Assembly: GCA_963767005.1 (NCBI GenBank)
Contig: CAVYCN010000007.1
Location: 1-64,000, forward strand
Source: an uncultured Actinomycetes bacterium
GTDB taxonomy: Bacteria > Actinomycetota > Thermoleophilia > UBA2241
DNA: 64,000 nucleotides
Reading direction: 5' to 3'
A program made the position numbers and the translations under genes. Below the pieces are notes generated by a model, which did not search any database, was not told the origin of the DNA, and saw nothing but the letters and a program-made list of their open reading frames with translations. This document shows, in pieces, positions 8,688 through 18,885 of this stretch (the stretch's first letter is position 1; the number at the start of each line of letters is the position of its first letter).

Positions 8688-9782
8688 TCAGGGCTTCCAC
8701 GTCGCTCCGCCGTCGGTCGTGCGCAGAACGACGCTGCCGTCGAACCCGGATGCGTCGGTTGAGTGGAAGTGGTTGCCGACCACGAGGCCGTGCCGAGAGT
8801 CGGCAAAGGCGATGTCCGCAAGATACGCGGTCGTGCCGGAACGCTCCGCCCTCCAGGTGCGGCCGCCGTCGGTCGTGGCGATGATCGTGCCGCCGGGCCC
8901 GATCACCCAGCCGTGCAGGGCGTCGGCGAAGGCGACGCCGTTGTAGCCCGCCAACCGATCCGACACATACTGCACGCCCCAGGTCGTGCCGCCGTCGCCG
9001 GTGGCGAGGACGATGCCGCCGTCGTCACCCCAGCCGACCACCCAGGCGTGCGATGCCCCTGCGCAGGCGACGCCGGTGAGCACGGTCGGCTCGCCGGGAT
9101 ACGGCTGCCGCTGCCAGTGGGCGCCGCCGTCCGAGGTCGCGACGATGCCGGCGTCCCCGACGGCCCAGCCATGGCGAGCGTCGGCGAAGGCGACGCTCGA
9201 CAAGTCTCCGGCCTTCGCTGCGTACTGGCGCGTCCACGTCGCCCCGCCGTCCGCGGTGGCGATGATGACGCCACCCTTGTCGCCGACGCCGCCCACCGCC
9301 CAGGCGTGCGTCGCGTTCGCGCAGGTGATGTCCTCGAGGGTGCACCTCGTGCGCACGGCCTGCTGCGCCCAGGTGACTCCGCCGTCGGTCGTGGCAAGCA
9401 CCGCGTCGTCGTCGCTCGACTGCGAATCGCCGGTCTGCCGGGGGGTGCACACGGCCCAGCCGCGCCTGGCGTCCGCGAAGGCGATCTCATCGGGGTCCCA
9501 GCGCGTCGCGAAGGGCTGCGCTCCCCAGGCGAGCCCACCGTCGGTGGTGGCATCGACAACGCCTTCGTCAGTCCGGTCGGTGTCGCCCGCCACCCAGGCG
9601 TGGTCGAGGTCGGAAAAGGCGACGGACGCGAGCGCGACGGTCGTGCTGAAGTAGTGGGGAGCCTCGGCGGCGTGCCAGATGAGACCGGCCAGGGCGACGG
9701 CGAGCACCACCCCCGCGAGGGCGTACAGTCGCCTGCGCCGAGACGGCGCGGCGGTGGGCACGTTCGCCTGCTCCTCCGACAA
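8688..9782 (-). CDS. Exported YCF48-like/BNR-repeat beta-propeller protein
   Basis: N-terminal TM/signal; repeated ATTDGGxTW and FADAxHGW; AGGAGG RBS before TTG. Confidence 0.85.
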   Translation of the reverse strand: MSEEQANVPTAAPSRRRRLYALAGVVLAVALAGLIWHAAEAPHYFSTTVALASVAFSDLDHAWVAGDTDRTDEGVVDATTDGGLAWGAQPFATRWDPDEIAFADARRGWAVCTPRQTGDSQSSDDDAVLATTDGGVTWAQQAVRTRCTLEDITCANATHAWAVGGVGDKGGVIIATADGGATWTRQYAAKAGDLSSVAFADARHGWAVGDAGIVATSDGGAHWQRQPYPGEPTVLTGVACAGASHAWVVGWGDDGGIVLATGDGGTTWGVQYVSDRLAGYNGVAFADALHGWVIGPGGTIIATTDGGRTWRAERSGTTAYLADIAFADSRHGLVVGNHFHSTDASGFDGSVVLRTTDGGATWKP

Positions 9783-10050
9783 ACGGCCTCCTTTGCCCGA
9801 CGGCAGGAGGGGCGTCGCCCTCAGGTCAGCGTATGACCTTCATCATAGCCCACGGTGCGGCCGGCGTCAGGCTCGCGACGACGTTCGCTAGACCCGCAGG
9901 TCGCGGCGCAGGCCGGACGCCCGCATCCACAGGAGCAGCCCCACGAGAGCGGGGGCCGACACGGCGAAGACCGCGGCGACGATCGACAGGGCGGCGTTTC
10001 GTGACCGGTTGTCGGCAGCCCGCAGGTCGTGCTTGACGTAGTATCGCGCC

Positions 10051-10773
10051 ATGCACCCCGCCGACAACGCCACCCCGCACGCCTCCGCCGACTACGACGC
10101 GCAGGTCCGCAAGACCATCCCGTGCTACGACGCGTTCCACGAGGAGACGATCCGCCTGGTAGCCGCGCGCCAGCCGCAGCCGGCCGCCTGGCTCGACACC
10201 GGCGCCGGCACGGGAGCGCTCGTCGAGCAGGCCTACGACCGGTTCCCCGCGACCAGGTTCTTCGTGGCCGACCCGGCAGAGGCGATGCTCGCCCAGGCGC
10301 GGACCAGGCTCTCGGGCAAGGAGCGGGTCACGATCATGGAGCCGGTCGGCTCCCAGCACCTCGAGGTGGGCTCGCAGCACGTCGCCGTCGGCTCGCAGCA
10401 CGTCGAGCCGCCCGAGCCGTTCGACGTGATCACGGCGATCCAGGCGCACCATTATCTGCAGCCGCCCGAAAGGGCGGCGGCGGTCCGCAACTGCCACGCC
10501 CTCCTGCGGCCCGGCGGCCTGTTCGTCACCTTCGAGAACGTCAGGCCGGCCACTCCAGAGGGGGTCGAGCTCGCCAGGCGCATGTGGGCCGACTTCCAGG
10601 CCGGGCAGGGCAGGGGCGCCGCCGAGGTGGAGCGCCAACTGGCGCGCTTCGACGTCGAGTACTTTCCGCTGACTGTGCAGCAGCACCTCGACCTGCTCGC
10701 CGAGTGCGGCTTTGCGGTCGTCGAGCTGTTCTGGTACTCGGTGATGCAGGCCGGGTTCTGGGCCGTCAGGTAG
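10051..10773 (+). CDS. Class I SAM-dependent methyltransferase (CmoA-like)
   Basis: YDAQVRKTIPCY, WLDTGAGTG, FDVITAIQAHH, LLRPGG. Confidence 0.85.
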   Translation: MHPADNATPHASADYDAQVRKTIPCYDAFHEETIRLVAARQPQPAAWLDTGAGTGALVEQAYDRFPATRFFVADPAEAMLAQARTRLSGKERVTIMEPVGSQHLEVGSQHVAVGSQHVEPPEPFDVITAIQAHHYLQPPERAAAVRNCHALLRPGGLFVTFENVRPATPEGVELARRMWADFQAGQGRGAAEVERQLARFDVEYFPLTVQQHLDLLAECGFAVVELFWYSVMQAGFWAVR

Positions 10774-10967
10774 CCGGCCCAGAGAGCGGGCCGGCCGAGG
10801 CTCAGGGCCGTCGGCGTCAGCCAGATGTCCGGATGGCGGCCTGGGGCACCCGCAGCGACTCCACCATCCGGGCCACGAGCCCTGCGGACCGGTAGATGGC
10901 GTAGTCGTGCTCGGGGAACTCCATCTCTGCTTGCGCGTGGCCGGCCGCACCTGCACCCATCGCCTCG

Positions 10968-10995
10968 TCAAGTCCCCGTCCCTCGGCGCCGATAC
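10968..10995 (+). promoter_or_regulatory. FliA/WhiG (sigma28)-like promoter
   Basis: TCAA-N16-GCCGATAC upstream of the 11138 gene. Confidence 0.5.
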
Positions 10996-11137
10996 CGGTG
11001 TCATCGCCAGCGACGCGGTCACCGGAGCCGTGAGCCCATGCACAAGCGCGACCCCGGGCGGGGAAGGCGGATGCGCTACCGCCGCCCACCTGCATCTGGG
11101 CGCTCTCGCTTCGTCCGACCGCAACGAGGGAGGATGC

Positions 11138-11998
11138 GTGCGTGTCGCCACGTTCGGGCCGAGCACCGCGTGGGTGGGGGTCGGCATCGAGTACGACGGC
11201 CGTCAGTTCCTGCTCGAAGGCTACGGCCCTGTGCCGCCCGAGGCCCTCCTCGACTACGACCGCCTGGGCCAGATCGACTGGGCCTACGCGGGACTGCGCG
11301 AGTGGGTGCAGACCCTGGCTGCCCAAGGCTCTGCCGCGCAGTGGAGCGATACGCAGAGCCGCGGCGGCTTCTCGCGACCGGCGTTCCAGACGGCGCCGTC
11401 GCGATCGCGCATCCCGTCGTGGGCCATCGTGCTGATCGTCCTGGTCGCCCTGGCTCCGGTCGCGGCGGCCGTCGCCATACCGATGGCCCTGGCGCACCGT
11501 GCCGGCGGCAAAACGGTGACCGGCCCCTACAACGTGAAGCCGGGACAGTTCACGATCGATCTCCGCAGCGACCCCGGCGACTTCGTCGGCGGCGGCCGCA
11601 CCTACCACTTCACGCAGTCCAACTCAAGCGTGACCGTCACCGCGACCGGGGGTCACCTGGCGATCGTACTGCACGAGGCACACGGCCCCGCGACCGACAG
11701 CTGGTGGGACGGCGACTTCGTCGAGCCGGTGCGCCTGCCCGTGCTCATGAGGGGGACCTACACCGGCCTGCAACGGTATCCCTTCAACGACGCGGCGCAG
11801 GGGGGTCTCGACTGGTCCGGCGAGGGTCGCGGCTCGAACGACCTCACCGGATGGTTCGCCATCGACAAGGTCTCCTACGACAGCGACGGCAGGCTGTCGG
11901 CCATCACCCTTCGGTTCGAGCAGCACAGCGAGAACGCCGGGCCCGCTCTCCACGGCGAGATCGCGTGGGCGCGGGCGGTCCAGACGGCTAGCCCTTGA
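11138..11998 (+). CDS. Single-pass membrane protein with extracellular beta-rich domain
   Basis: GTG after GAGGGAGGA; TM segment WAIVLIVLVALAPVAAAVAIPM; C-terminal S/T/G/D-rich domain. Confidence 0.7.
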   Translation: MRVATFGPSTAWVGVGIEYDGRQFLLEGYGPVPPEALLDYDRLGQIDWAYAGLREWVQTLAAQGSAAQWSDTQSRGGFSRPAFQTAPSRSRIPSWAIVLIVLVALAPVAAAVAIPMALAHRAGGKTVTGPYNVKPGQFTIDLRSDPGDFVGGGRTYHFTQSNSSVTVTATGGHLAIVLHEAHGPATDSWWDGDFVEPVRLPVLMRGTYTGLQRYPFNDAAQGGLDWSGEGRGSNDLTGWFAIDKVSYDSDGRLSAITLRFEQHSENAGPALHGEIAWARAVQTASP

Positions 11999-12008
11999 TG
12001 TCTTCGGT

Positions 12009-13625
12009 CTAGGCCCGTGCGCGGGAGCCCGACTCGACCAGGATCTGCAGGACCTCAAGCTCGTCGTGGTCGAACCAGTGCAGGCCGCAGGCGGTACACC
12101 GGTCGACCGGAACGGGGTACAGCAGCGACCAGGGGCCCCGGCTCATGGGGGCGTGGCACCGCGGGCAGGTGAGCGGCCACTGTCTCGCGCCGGTGTCGGG
12201 CAGACCGGTCGTGGCTGCGGCCACCGCGGCGGGAGCCTTTCGTCCGGCGTAGCCCGCCGCGCGACGCCTGAGCTCGGCCGCGATGCCGCTGGCCTGGCGC
12301 TTCTCGGTCGCCGTGAACCCCATCTCGCGTCGGGCGAGGATCGTCTCGACCTGGTCGTGGTCGAGGGCGCGCCCGCCGCAGGCCGGGCAGGCCCTGATCG
12401 TCGTGCCTTCGTAGGCCACGGGGCGCAGCACGGCGCCGCATGCGGGGCAGTCGTGGCTCGCTGCGGCCGCGCTCGTCGGGGCGCCGCCCACTACCAGGCC
12501 GGCAGCACCCGGCGGCGTGGCCAGGTGCTCGCGCGCGAGCCTGCGCACCGCGAGCTCGCGCGCCGGCGCACTCGGATCGCTGCTCCTCGTGTGCGCCAGA
12601 GCACGGAGGCGTTCGATACGAGCGCTGAGCGGCGGGTGCGAGGAAAACCAGGTCGAGACACCCCGCCGACCCGGGTCGGGCGGGCGGATGGCGAGCGACG
12701 ACAGCTCCGGCGGGACGGTGGTCGTCGTCTTTGCTGCGTCTTGTATCTCGAGCAGCGCGTCGGCCAGGCTCAGCGGGTCACGAGTCAGGCGCGCCGCCGT
12801 GGCGTCGGCCGCGTACTCCCGCTGTCGCGAGACCGCCAGGTTCACGACCCAGCCGCCGCACAAGACCAGCGTGAGCAGGAGCCAGGCGACGAACTCGGGC
12901 ACCACGGAGATCAGGAACAGCACGACCAGGGGCAGCGCGAACGCGCCGGACTGGTCGACGGCGTCGAACTCGAACTCGGCGGTCTTCACGAGCGTGCGAC
13001 GAGCCCGGCCGATACCCGCGAACAGCAGGCAGACGCGCGTGGCGGTGACGCAGTCGCGTGAGGCGATGTGGGCGATCTCGTGGGCCACCACGCCCTGGAA
13101 CTCCTCGCGCGAGAGCCGTCCGAGCGCGCCGTCGGTAACCCCCACGCAGTCGAGGCCCTGCGGGTCGGCGAACGAGAACGCGTCGATGCCGGGCACGGGG
13201 ACGACCACGCAGGCGAGCTCAGGCAGGCCGGCGGCGAGGCGCAGCTCGTCGACGACGTGGCGGAATCGCAGATGGTACGGATCGCGGGGATCGAGCTCCA
13301 CAGCGTTCAGCGCGGCGCGCAGGCGGTCGCCGCCGCGGTGCTGCGAGACGATCCAGGCAGAGGCGGCCAGCACCAGCGCCAGGATGCCGCTCATGGCGAC
13401 GACGCCCTGCAGCGTCTCGAGGCTGACTGACACGCTGCCTGCGGTCAGGTCACGCCAGACGAGCTCGACGACGAGGCTGAGCGGCATCAGACCCACCCAG
13501 ATGGCGACGGCGAGCAGCCCGAAGAGCGCCCAGACCCGCCACCGGGCCTCGCGTTCGACCTCGAACACCGACCTCGCCGGGCGCACCTCCACGCCGTGCC
13601 CGGCCGCCGTGCGTGTCGCCAGCAC
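12009..13625 (-). CDS. M48 (HtpX-like) zinc metalloprotease with two C-terminal zinc-ribbon (zf-TFIIB-like) domains
   Basis: GVVAHEIAH, SRQREYAAD, SSHPPLSARI; CPAC..CPAC and CPRC..CTACGLHWFD. Confidence 0.85.
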   Translation of the reverse strand: MLATRTAAGHGVEVRPARSVFEVEREARWRVWALFGLLAVAIWVGLMPLSLVVELVWRDLTAGSVSVSLETLQGVVAMSGILALVLAASAWIVSQHRGGDRLRAALNAVELDPRDPYHLRFRHVVDELRLAAGLPELACVVVPVPGIDAFSFADPQGLDCVGVTDGALGRLSREEFQGVVAHEIAHIASRDCVTATRVCLLFAGIGRARRTLVKTAEFEFDAVDQSGAFALPLVVLFLISVVPEFVAWLLLTLVLCGGWVVNLAVSRQREYAADATAARLTRDPLSLADALLEIQDAAKTTTTVPPELSSLAIRPPDPGRRGVSTWFSSHPPLSARIERLRALAHTRSSDPSAPARELAVRRLAREHLATPPGAAGLVVGGAPTSAAAASHDCPACGAVLRPVAYEGTTIRACPACGGRALDHDQVETILARREMGFTATEKRQASGIAAELRRRAAGYAGRKAPAAVAAATTGLPDTGARQWPLTCPRCHAPMSRGPWSLLYPVPVDRCTACGLHWFDHDELEVLQILVESGSRARA

Positions 13626-13664
13626 ACCACCTCGCCGCAGGAGCAGACAATACCCTCGGCAGTA

Positions 13665-13692
13665 CTATCGGTAGATCAGGAGCGTCGCCTGA
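13665..13692 (-). promoter_or_regulatory. FliA/WhiG-like promoter
   Basis: Minus strand TCAG-N16-ACCGATAG upstream of the M48 gene. Confidence 0.4.
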
Positions 13693-13804
13693 GCCGTGTC
13701 GGCCAAAGCGGCTCGCGGGGGCAGAGACGTCTGGCCCCGGCGCCCGACTTCGGCGACGGGGCCGGGGTGACCGTCACAGGCCCGCCAGCGGACCCGGTGG
13801 TACG

Positions 13805-16438
13805 ATGAGCCCGTGTCTCCAACCGCCCGCCACGGAGCCGACCATCCCCGTTGACGAAGACCATCGCGCCGAGCCCTCCGCTCGCCCCCCACGTCGCTCC
13901 GGACCCCCCGGCGCCTCCGGCGGCGCGGTCCCGCTTGGCCTGCACGGCCTGACCGACGCCGAGGCCGCGCGGCGACGCGCGGCCGGCCAGGGCAACGAAG
14001 TGCCCGTCACGGCCGGCCGCACCTACAAGGACATCGTCCGCGACAACGTCCTCAACTTCATCAACATCCTGCTGTTCTTCGTCGGCGCGCTCCTCATCGC
14101 CGTGGGCCACTACCTCGACGCCCTGCTGTCGGTCGGCGTGGTGCTCATCAACACCGCCGTCAACCTCTTTCAGGAGGTGCGCGCCAAGCGCACCCTCGAC
14201 CGCATCGCCATCCTCACGCGGCCGCAGGCCGTCGTCGTGCGCGACGGCGCCGAGCGCGAGGTCGACCCCGCCGAGCTCGTCGTCGGCGACCTCGTGCGGG
14301 CCCTGCCGGGCGACCAGATCGTGGTCGACGGCAAGGTCGTGGGGCCGGGCTACCTCGAGATCGACGAGTCGCTGCTCACCGGCGAGTCCGACCTGATCGT
14401 CAAGCATGCCGGCGACGCCGTGCTGTCGGGCAGCTTCGTCGTGGCCGGCGACGGCTGGTACGAGGCCGAGACGGTGGGCGCCGACAGCTTCGCCAACAAG
14501 ATCACAACGACGGCCCAGAGCCATCGCCGCTTCCTCACGCCGCTGCAGCACCAAGCCAACGTGATCGTCTGGATCCTGGTCGTGATCGCCCTGGCCCTCG
14601 AGGCGCTGGTCGTGTTCCAGTGGCTCTCCCAGCACTTCCCTGCCATCGAGACCCTGCAGGCGACGACCGTGGTCGTCTCGCTCATCCCGAATGCCCTGAT
14701 CCTCGCCATCGTGCTGGCCTACGCCCTCGGCGCCGTGCGCATGGCCGGCAAGGGCGCCCTCGTGCAAGAGGTCAACTCGATCGAGTCGCTGTCGAACGTC
14801 GACGTGCTCTGCACCGACAAGACCGGCACCCTCACGACCAACGTCATCCGCCTGCGCGAGCTCGCCCCGCTGGGCGCGACCCGCGAGCAGCTCGAGGCGG
14901 TGCTGGCGGCGTACGCCGCCAGCACCGCCGTGCCCAACCGCACGCTCGAGGCCGTGGCGGCGGCGCTGCCCGGCCAGCCCCTCACGCTCGCCGACGAGGC
15001 GGCCTTCTCGTCGGCCCGCAAGTGGAGCGGCCTGGCCTTCGCCCACGACGTCCTGCCCTGGTCCACGGTCGTGATGGGCGCTCCCGAGGTGCTTGCCAAG
15101 CACCTGCCGGCCGACCCCGCCGCCGAGGCCCAGACGGCGGCCTGGGCCGATGAGGGCCTGCGCGTCCTGATGGTGGCGGGCGCAAAGCGGCCGGCGCGCT
15201 TTGCGGCGGGCGGCGCCGACGGCGCCGCCCGCCGCCCGCCCGAACTGCCCCGCGACCTCGTGCCGCTCGGCCTCGTGAGCCTCGCCGACGAGCTGCGCCC
15301 CCGGGTCGCCGAGACGCTCGCCGAGTTCGAGGCGGCCGGCATCGCCGTGAAGATCATCTCGGGCGACGACCCGCGCACGGTCGCCGCGCTCGCCCGTCAG
15401 GCCGGCCTCGCGGGCGACCTCGTCTCGTACTCGGGCGCCGAGCTCGCCCGCTGCGACGAGCACGAGCTCGCCGCCGCGGCTCTCGAGGGCACCGTCTTCG
15501 GACGCGTCTCCCCCGAGCAGAAAGAGGCCCTGACGACCGCCCTGCACAAGCGCGGGCGTTACGTGGCCATGGTCGGCGACGGCGTGAACGACGTGATCGC
15601 CCTCAAGCGCGCCGACCTGGGCATCGCCCTGCAGAGCGGCAGCCCGGCGAGCCGCGCCGTCGCCGACCTGGTGCTCATGGACGACTCGTTCGGCGCCCTG
15701 CCGGCCGCCTTCCGTGAGGGCCAGCGCATCCGCAACGGCATGCAGGACATCCTCAACATCTTCGCGGTGCGCATCTTCTCGCGCGCCATCGTCATCCCGC
15801 TGGTCGCCCTGATCGGCGGCTTCGCCTACTCGCCGCGCCAGTCGGCCCTGCTCGGCTACCTCACGGCGACGGTCCCCACCCTCGGTCTCATCTTCTGGGC
15901 TCAGGCCGGCCAGACCATCAAGGGCCGTATCTACCGGCCGCTCGCCCGCTTCGCCGTGCCGGCCACCATCCTGCTCGCGCTGTACCAGGTCGCGGTCTAC
16001 GCCATCTACTTCAAGACGTACCAGCACACCTACCTGCTCGCCCATCACCACGCCACGGCGCAACAGGCGGTGCAGGCGGCCCTGCCCGTCGCCCAGACGG
16101 CGACCACGGCGCTCGCCATCCTCTGCGGCCTGATCCTGCTGCCGTTCACGGTGCCGCCCAGCATGCGCTGGGTCGGCGGCGCGCGCCTGCGCGGCGATCG
16201 CCGGCCGGCGATCATGGCGATCGTCCTGTTCGTGGTCTACCTGGTCGTCGTCTCGAGCCCGGGCGGCCGCAGCCTGTTCGCCCTGCGCCAGATCGGCGTG
16301 CTGCAGCAGATCCTGCTGATCGTGATCGCCGTGTCGTGGGGCTTCACGGTGCGCGCCATCTGGCACTGGCGCGTGCTCGACCGCATCTTCGGGCCGCCCG
16401 AGGGGCGGCCGCTCACCGAGCGCCGGCACCGGCACTGA
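13805..16438 (+). CDS. P-type cation-transporting ATPase (CtpE-like)
   Basis: DESLLTGES, DKTGTLT, ISGD, MVGDGVND; multiple TM helices. Confidence 0.92.
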   Translation: MSPCLQPPATEPTIPVDEDHRAEPSARPPRRSGPPGASGGAVPLGLHGLTDAEAARRRAAGQGNEVPVTAGRTYKDIVRDNVLNFINILLFFVGALLIAVGHYLDALLSVGVVLINTAVNLFQEVRAKRTLDRIAILTRPQAVVVRDGAEREVDPAELVVGDLVRALPGDQIVVDGKVVGPGYLEIDESLLTGESDLIVKHAGDAVLSGSFVVAGDGWYEAETVGADSFANKITTTAQSHRRFLTPLQHQANVIVWILVVIALALEALVVFQWLSQHFPAIETLQATTVVVSLIPNALILAIVLAYALGAVRMAGKGALVQEVNSIESLSNVDVLCTDKTGTLTTNVIRLRELAPLGATREQLEAVLAAYAASTAVPNRTLEAVAAALPGQPLTLADEAAFSSARKWSGLAFAHDVLPWSTVVMGAPEVLAKHLPADPAAEAQTAAWADEGLRVLMVAGAKRPARFAAGGADGAARRPPELPRDLVPLGLVSLADELRPRVAETLAEFEAAGIAVKIISGDDPRTVAALARQAGLAGDLVSYSGAELARCDEHELAAAALEGTVFGRVSPEQKEALTTALHKRGRYVAMVGDGVNDVIALKRADLGIALQSGSPASRAVADLVLMDDSFGALPAAFREGQRIRNGMQDILNIFAVRIFSRAIVIPLVALIGGFAYSPRQSALLGYLTATVPTLGLIFWAQAGQTIKGRIYRPLARFAVPATILLALYQVAVYAIYFKTYQHTYLLAHHHATAQQAVQAALPVAQTATTALAILCGLILLPFTVPPSMRWVGGARLRGDRRPAIMAIVLFVVYLVVVSSPGGRSLFALRQIGVLQQILLIVIAVSWGFTVRAIWHWRVLDRIFGPPEGRPLTERRHRH

Positions 16439-16579
16439 CTCATCGGCCGCTAACGGGCCAGCCTCCGCCGGGCCGCCCGTCGCTGCGACCGGCGACGCGC
16501 GGCCCGGCCACGCAAACGAACCGCTGACACTTCTGCGGTAAGATATTTGTTCGGCAACCCTGCGACCGGAGAGTCTCGC

Positions 16580-18874
16580 ATGCCCACCCGATCTCGTTCG
16601 ACCACTTCCGGCGGCGGGGACGGCGGGCCGCGGCCCGCCGTCCCCGCCGCCGACGCCGCCCCCGCACCCGACGCCGCGCCTGCGCCCGGCGCGGCCGCCG
16701 CGCCCGACGCCGCTGCCGCGCCCGATGCCCCTGCCGCGCCCGACGTCGAAGCCGCCGTCGACCTCTGCGACGCCGCGCTCTACATCAATCGCGAGCTCAG
16801 CATGCTGGCGTTCCAGCGCCGCGTGCTCGAAGAGGCCCAGGACGAGCGCAACCCGCTGATCGAGCGCGTCAAGTTCCTGTCGATCCTGGGTTCGAATCTG
16901 GGCGAGTTCTTCATGGTGCGCGTCGCCGGCCTGCGCCAGCAGGTCGAGGCCGGCGTGGCCGACCTGTCGGCCGACGGCATGACCCCGGCCGAGCAGCTCG
17001 TCGCCTGCCGCGACCTCGCCTACCAGCTCATGCGCGACGCGCGCGAGACCTGGGCTCAGATCCTGCCGCAGCTCACCGCGGCCGGGGTCCACATCCACGA
17101 CTTCGTCGGGCTCGACGAAAGCCAGCGCGAGGCGGCCTGCGCCTATTTCGACCGCAGCGCGTTCCCGGTGCTGACGCCGCTGGCGTTCGACCCCGGCCGG
17201 CCGTTCCCGCACATCTCCAACCTGAGCCTCAACCTGGCGGTGCTGCTGCGCGACGAGGGCGGCCATCAGCTCTTCGCCCGCGTCAAGGTGCCCTCGACCC
17301 TGCCCCGCATGGTGCCGGTGCCGGCGCCGGCCGACGTGCCGGGCACGGCCCGCGCCCGGCGCTACGACTTCGTCTGGCTCGAGCAGCTCATCGCCGCCAA
17401 CCTCGACGAGCTGTTCCCCGGCATGACGATCGTCGGCGTCTACGCCTTCCGCGTGACACGCGACGCCGAGATGTCGATCCAGGAGCTCGAGGCCGACGAC
17501 CTGCTCGAGACGATCGAGGAGGGCATCCTGCGCCGGCGCTTCGGCTCGGTCGTGCGGCTCACGGTCGACACGGCCACGCCCGACGACGTGCGCGCCATCC
17601 TGCTCGACAACCTCGACCTCGAGCCCGAGGGCCTGATCGCCGTCGATCCGCCGCTCGGCATGAGCGGCATCAACCTGCTCGGCCTCGACCGGCCCGACCT
17701 CAAAGACGCGCCCTTCGTGCCGGCCGTGCCGCGCGGCCTGGGCGACCCCGACCTGTCGGTGTTCGCCGCGATCCGCAAGCACGACATCCTCATCCACCGG
17801 CCCTACGATTCGTTCGAGCCGGTGATCGACTGGCTCGAGAGCGCCGCGCACGACCCCGACGTGCTCGCCATCAAGATGACGCTGTACCGCGTGGGCCGCA
17901 ACGCGCCGGCGGTCAACGCCCTGCTCGAGGCGGCCCGCAACGGCAAAGAGGTCGCCGTCCTCGTCGAGCTCAAGGCGCGCTTCGACGAGGAGCCGAACAT
18001 CGAGTGGGCGAGGGCGCTCGAAGACGAGGGCGTGCACGTGGTCTACGGCCTGGTCGGCATCAAGACGCACTCCAAGATCGGCATGGTCGTGCGCCGCGAG
18101 GGCGACGGCATCCGCCGCTACGTGCACCTCGGCACCGGCAACTACAACGTGGTCACGGCGCGCCTCTACACCGACCTCGACCTGTTCACCTGCGACCCCG
18201 TGATCGGCCAGGACGCGACCGAGCTCTTCAACTTCCTGACCGGCTTCTCGCGCTCACGCGACTACCAGAAGCTGATGGTCGGACCGATCAACCTGCGCGA
18301 GCGCTTCGAGGCGCTGCTCGAGCGCGAGATCGAGCACCAGCGGGCCGGCCGCGGCGGCCACCTGTTCTTCAAGATGAACTCGCTGATCGACCGCAAGATG
18401 ATCGCCCTGCTCTACCGCGCCTCGCAGGCCGGCGTGCAGGTCGACCTGCTGGTGCGCGGCATGTGCTCGCTGCGCCCCGGTATCCCCGGCGTGAGCGACA
18501 ACATCAGGGTGACGAGCATCGTCGGCCGGTTCCTCGAGCACAGCCGCATCTACTGGTTCCGCAACGGCGGCGACGAGCAGGTCCTGGTGGGCTCGGCCGA
18601 CCTCATGCCGCGCAACCTCAACCGTCGCGTCGAGGTGCTCTTCCCCGTCGAGGACCCGGCCATCGTGCGCCGGCTGCGCGACGAGATCCTCGACGTGTAC
18701 TGGCGCGACAACGTGAAGGCCAGATACATGCAGGCCGACGGCACCTACGTGCACGCGTCGCCGGCCGAAGGCGAGGAGCCGCTCGAAAGCCAGGCCTGGT
18801 TCATCCGGCACGCCGCCGATCGCGCGCCGCGCGACTCGGGGCGCCGCGCCAAGCGGCGCCCCGCCGGTCGCTAG
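16580..18874 (+). CDS. ppk1: Polyphosphate kinase 1
   Basis: YINRELS, EFFMVRVAGL, HRPYDSF, IKMTLYR, VELKARFDEE, HLGTGNYN, GRFLEHSR. Confidence 0.97.
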   Translation: MPTRSRSTTSGGGDGGPRPAVPAADAAPAPDAAPAPGAAAAPDAAAAPDAPAAPDVEAAVDLCDAALYINRELSMLAFQRRVLEEAQDERNPLIERVKFLSILGSNLGEFFMVRVAGLRQQVEAGVADLSADGMTPAEQLVACRDLAYQLMRDARETWAQILPQLTAAGVHIHDFVGLDESQREAACAYFDRSAFPVLTPLAFDPGRPFPHISNLSLNLAVLLRDEGGHQLFARVKVPSTLPRMVPVPAPADVPGTARARRYDFVWLEQLIAANLDELFPGMTIVGVYAFRVTRDAEMSIQELEADDLLETIEEGILRRRFGSVVRLTVDTATPDDVRAILLDNLDLEPEGLIAVDPPLGMSGINLLGLDRPDLKDAPFVPAVPRGLGDPDLSVFAAIRKHDILIHRPYDSFEPVIDWLESAAHDPDVLAIKMTLYRVGRNAPAVNALLEAARNGKEVAVLVELKARFDEEPNIEWARALEDEGVHVVYGLVGIKTHSKIGMVVRREGDGIRRYVHLGTGNYNVVTARLYTDLDLFTCDPVIGQDATELFNFLTGFSRSRDYQKLMVGPINLRERFEALLEREIEHQRAGRGGHLFFKMNSLIDRKMIALLYRASQAGVQVDLLVRGMCSLRPGIPGVSDNIRVTSIVGRFLEHSRIYWFRNGGDEQVLVGSADLMPRNLNRRVEVLFPVEDPAIVRRLRDEILDVYWRDNVKARYMQADGTYVHASPAEGEEPLESQAWFIRHAADRAPRDSGRRAKRRPAGR

Positions 18875-18885
18875 CGAGGCGCGAC

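Noticed and set aside
9888-10052. 54-aa minus-strand TM ORF (MARYYVKHDL...)
   Set aside because: Its start overlaps the methyltransferase start head-to-head and it has no RBS; may be a gene remnant but cannot be supported.
10817-10960. 47-aa minus-strand ORF (MGAGAAGHAQAEMEFPEHDY...)
   Set aside because: Plausible codons but no motif and weak RBS; insufficient evidence.
16640-16745. 18-bp repeats encoding AAPAPD at the ppk1 N-terminus
   Set aside because: Ordinary low-complexity disordered extension.
13676-18127. 1483-aa minus-strand ORF, and similar ones at 30139..34464, 29391..33518, 59675..63397
   Set aside because: Antisense or off-frame shadows typical of high-GC DNA overlapping well-supported genes.
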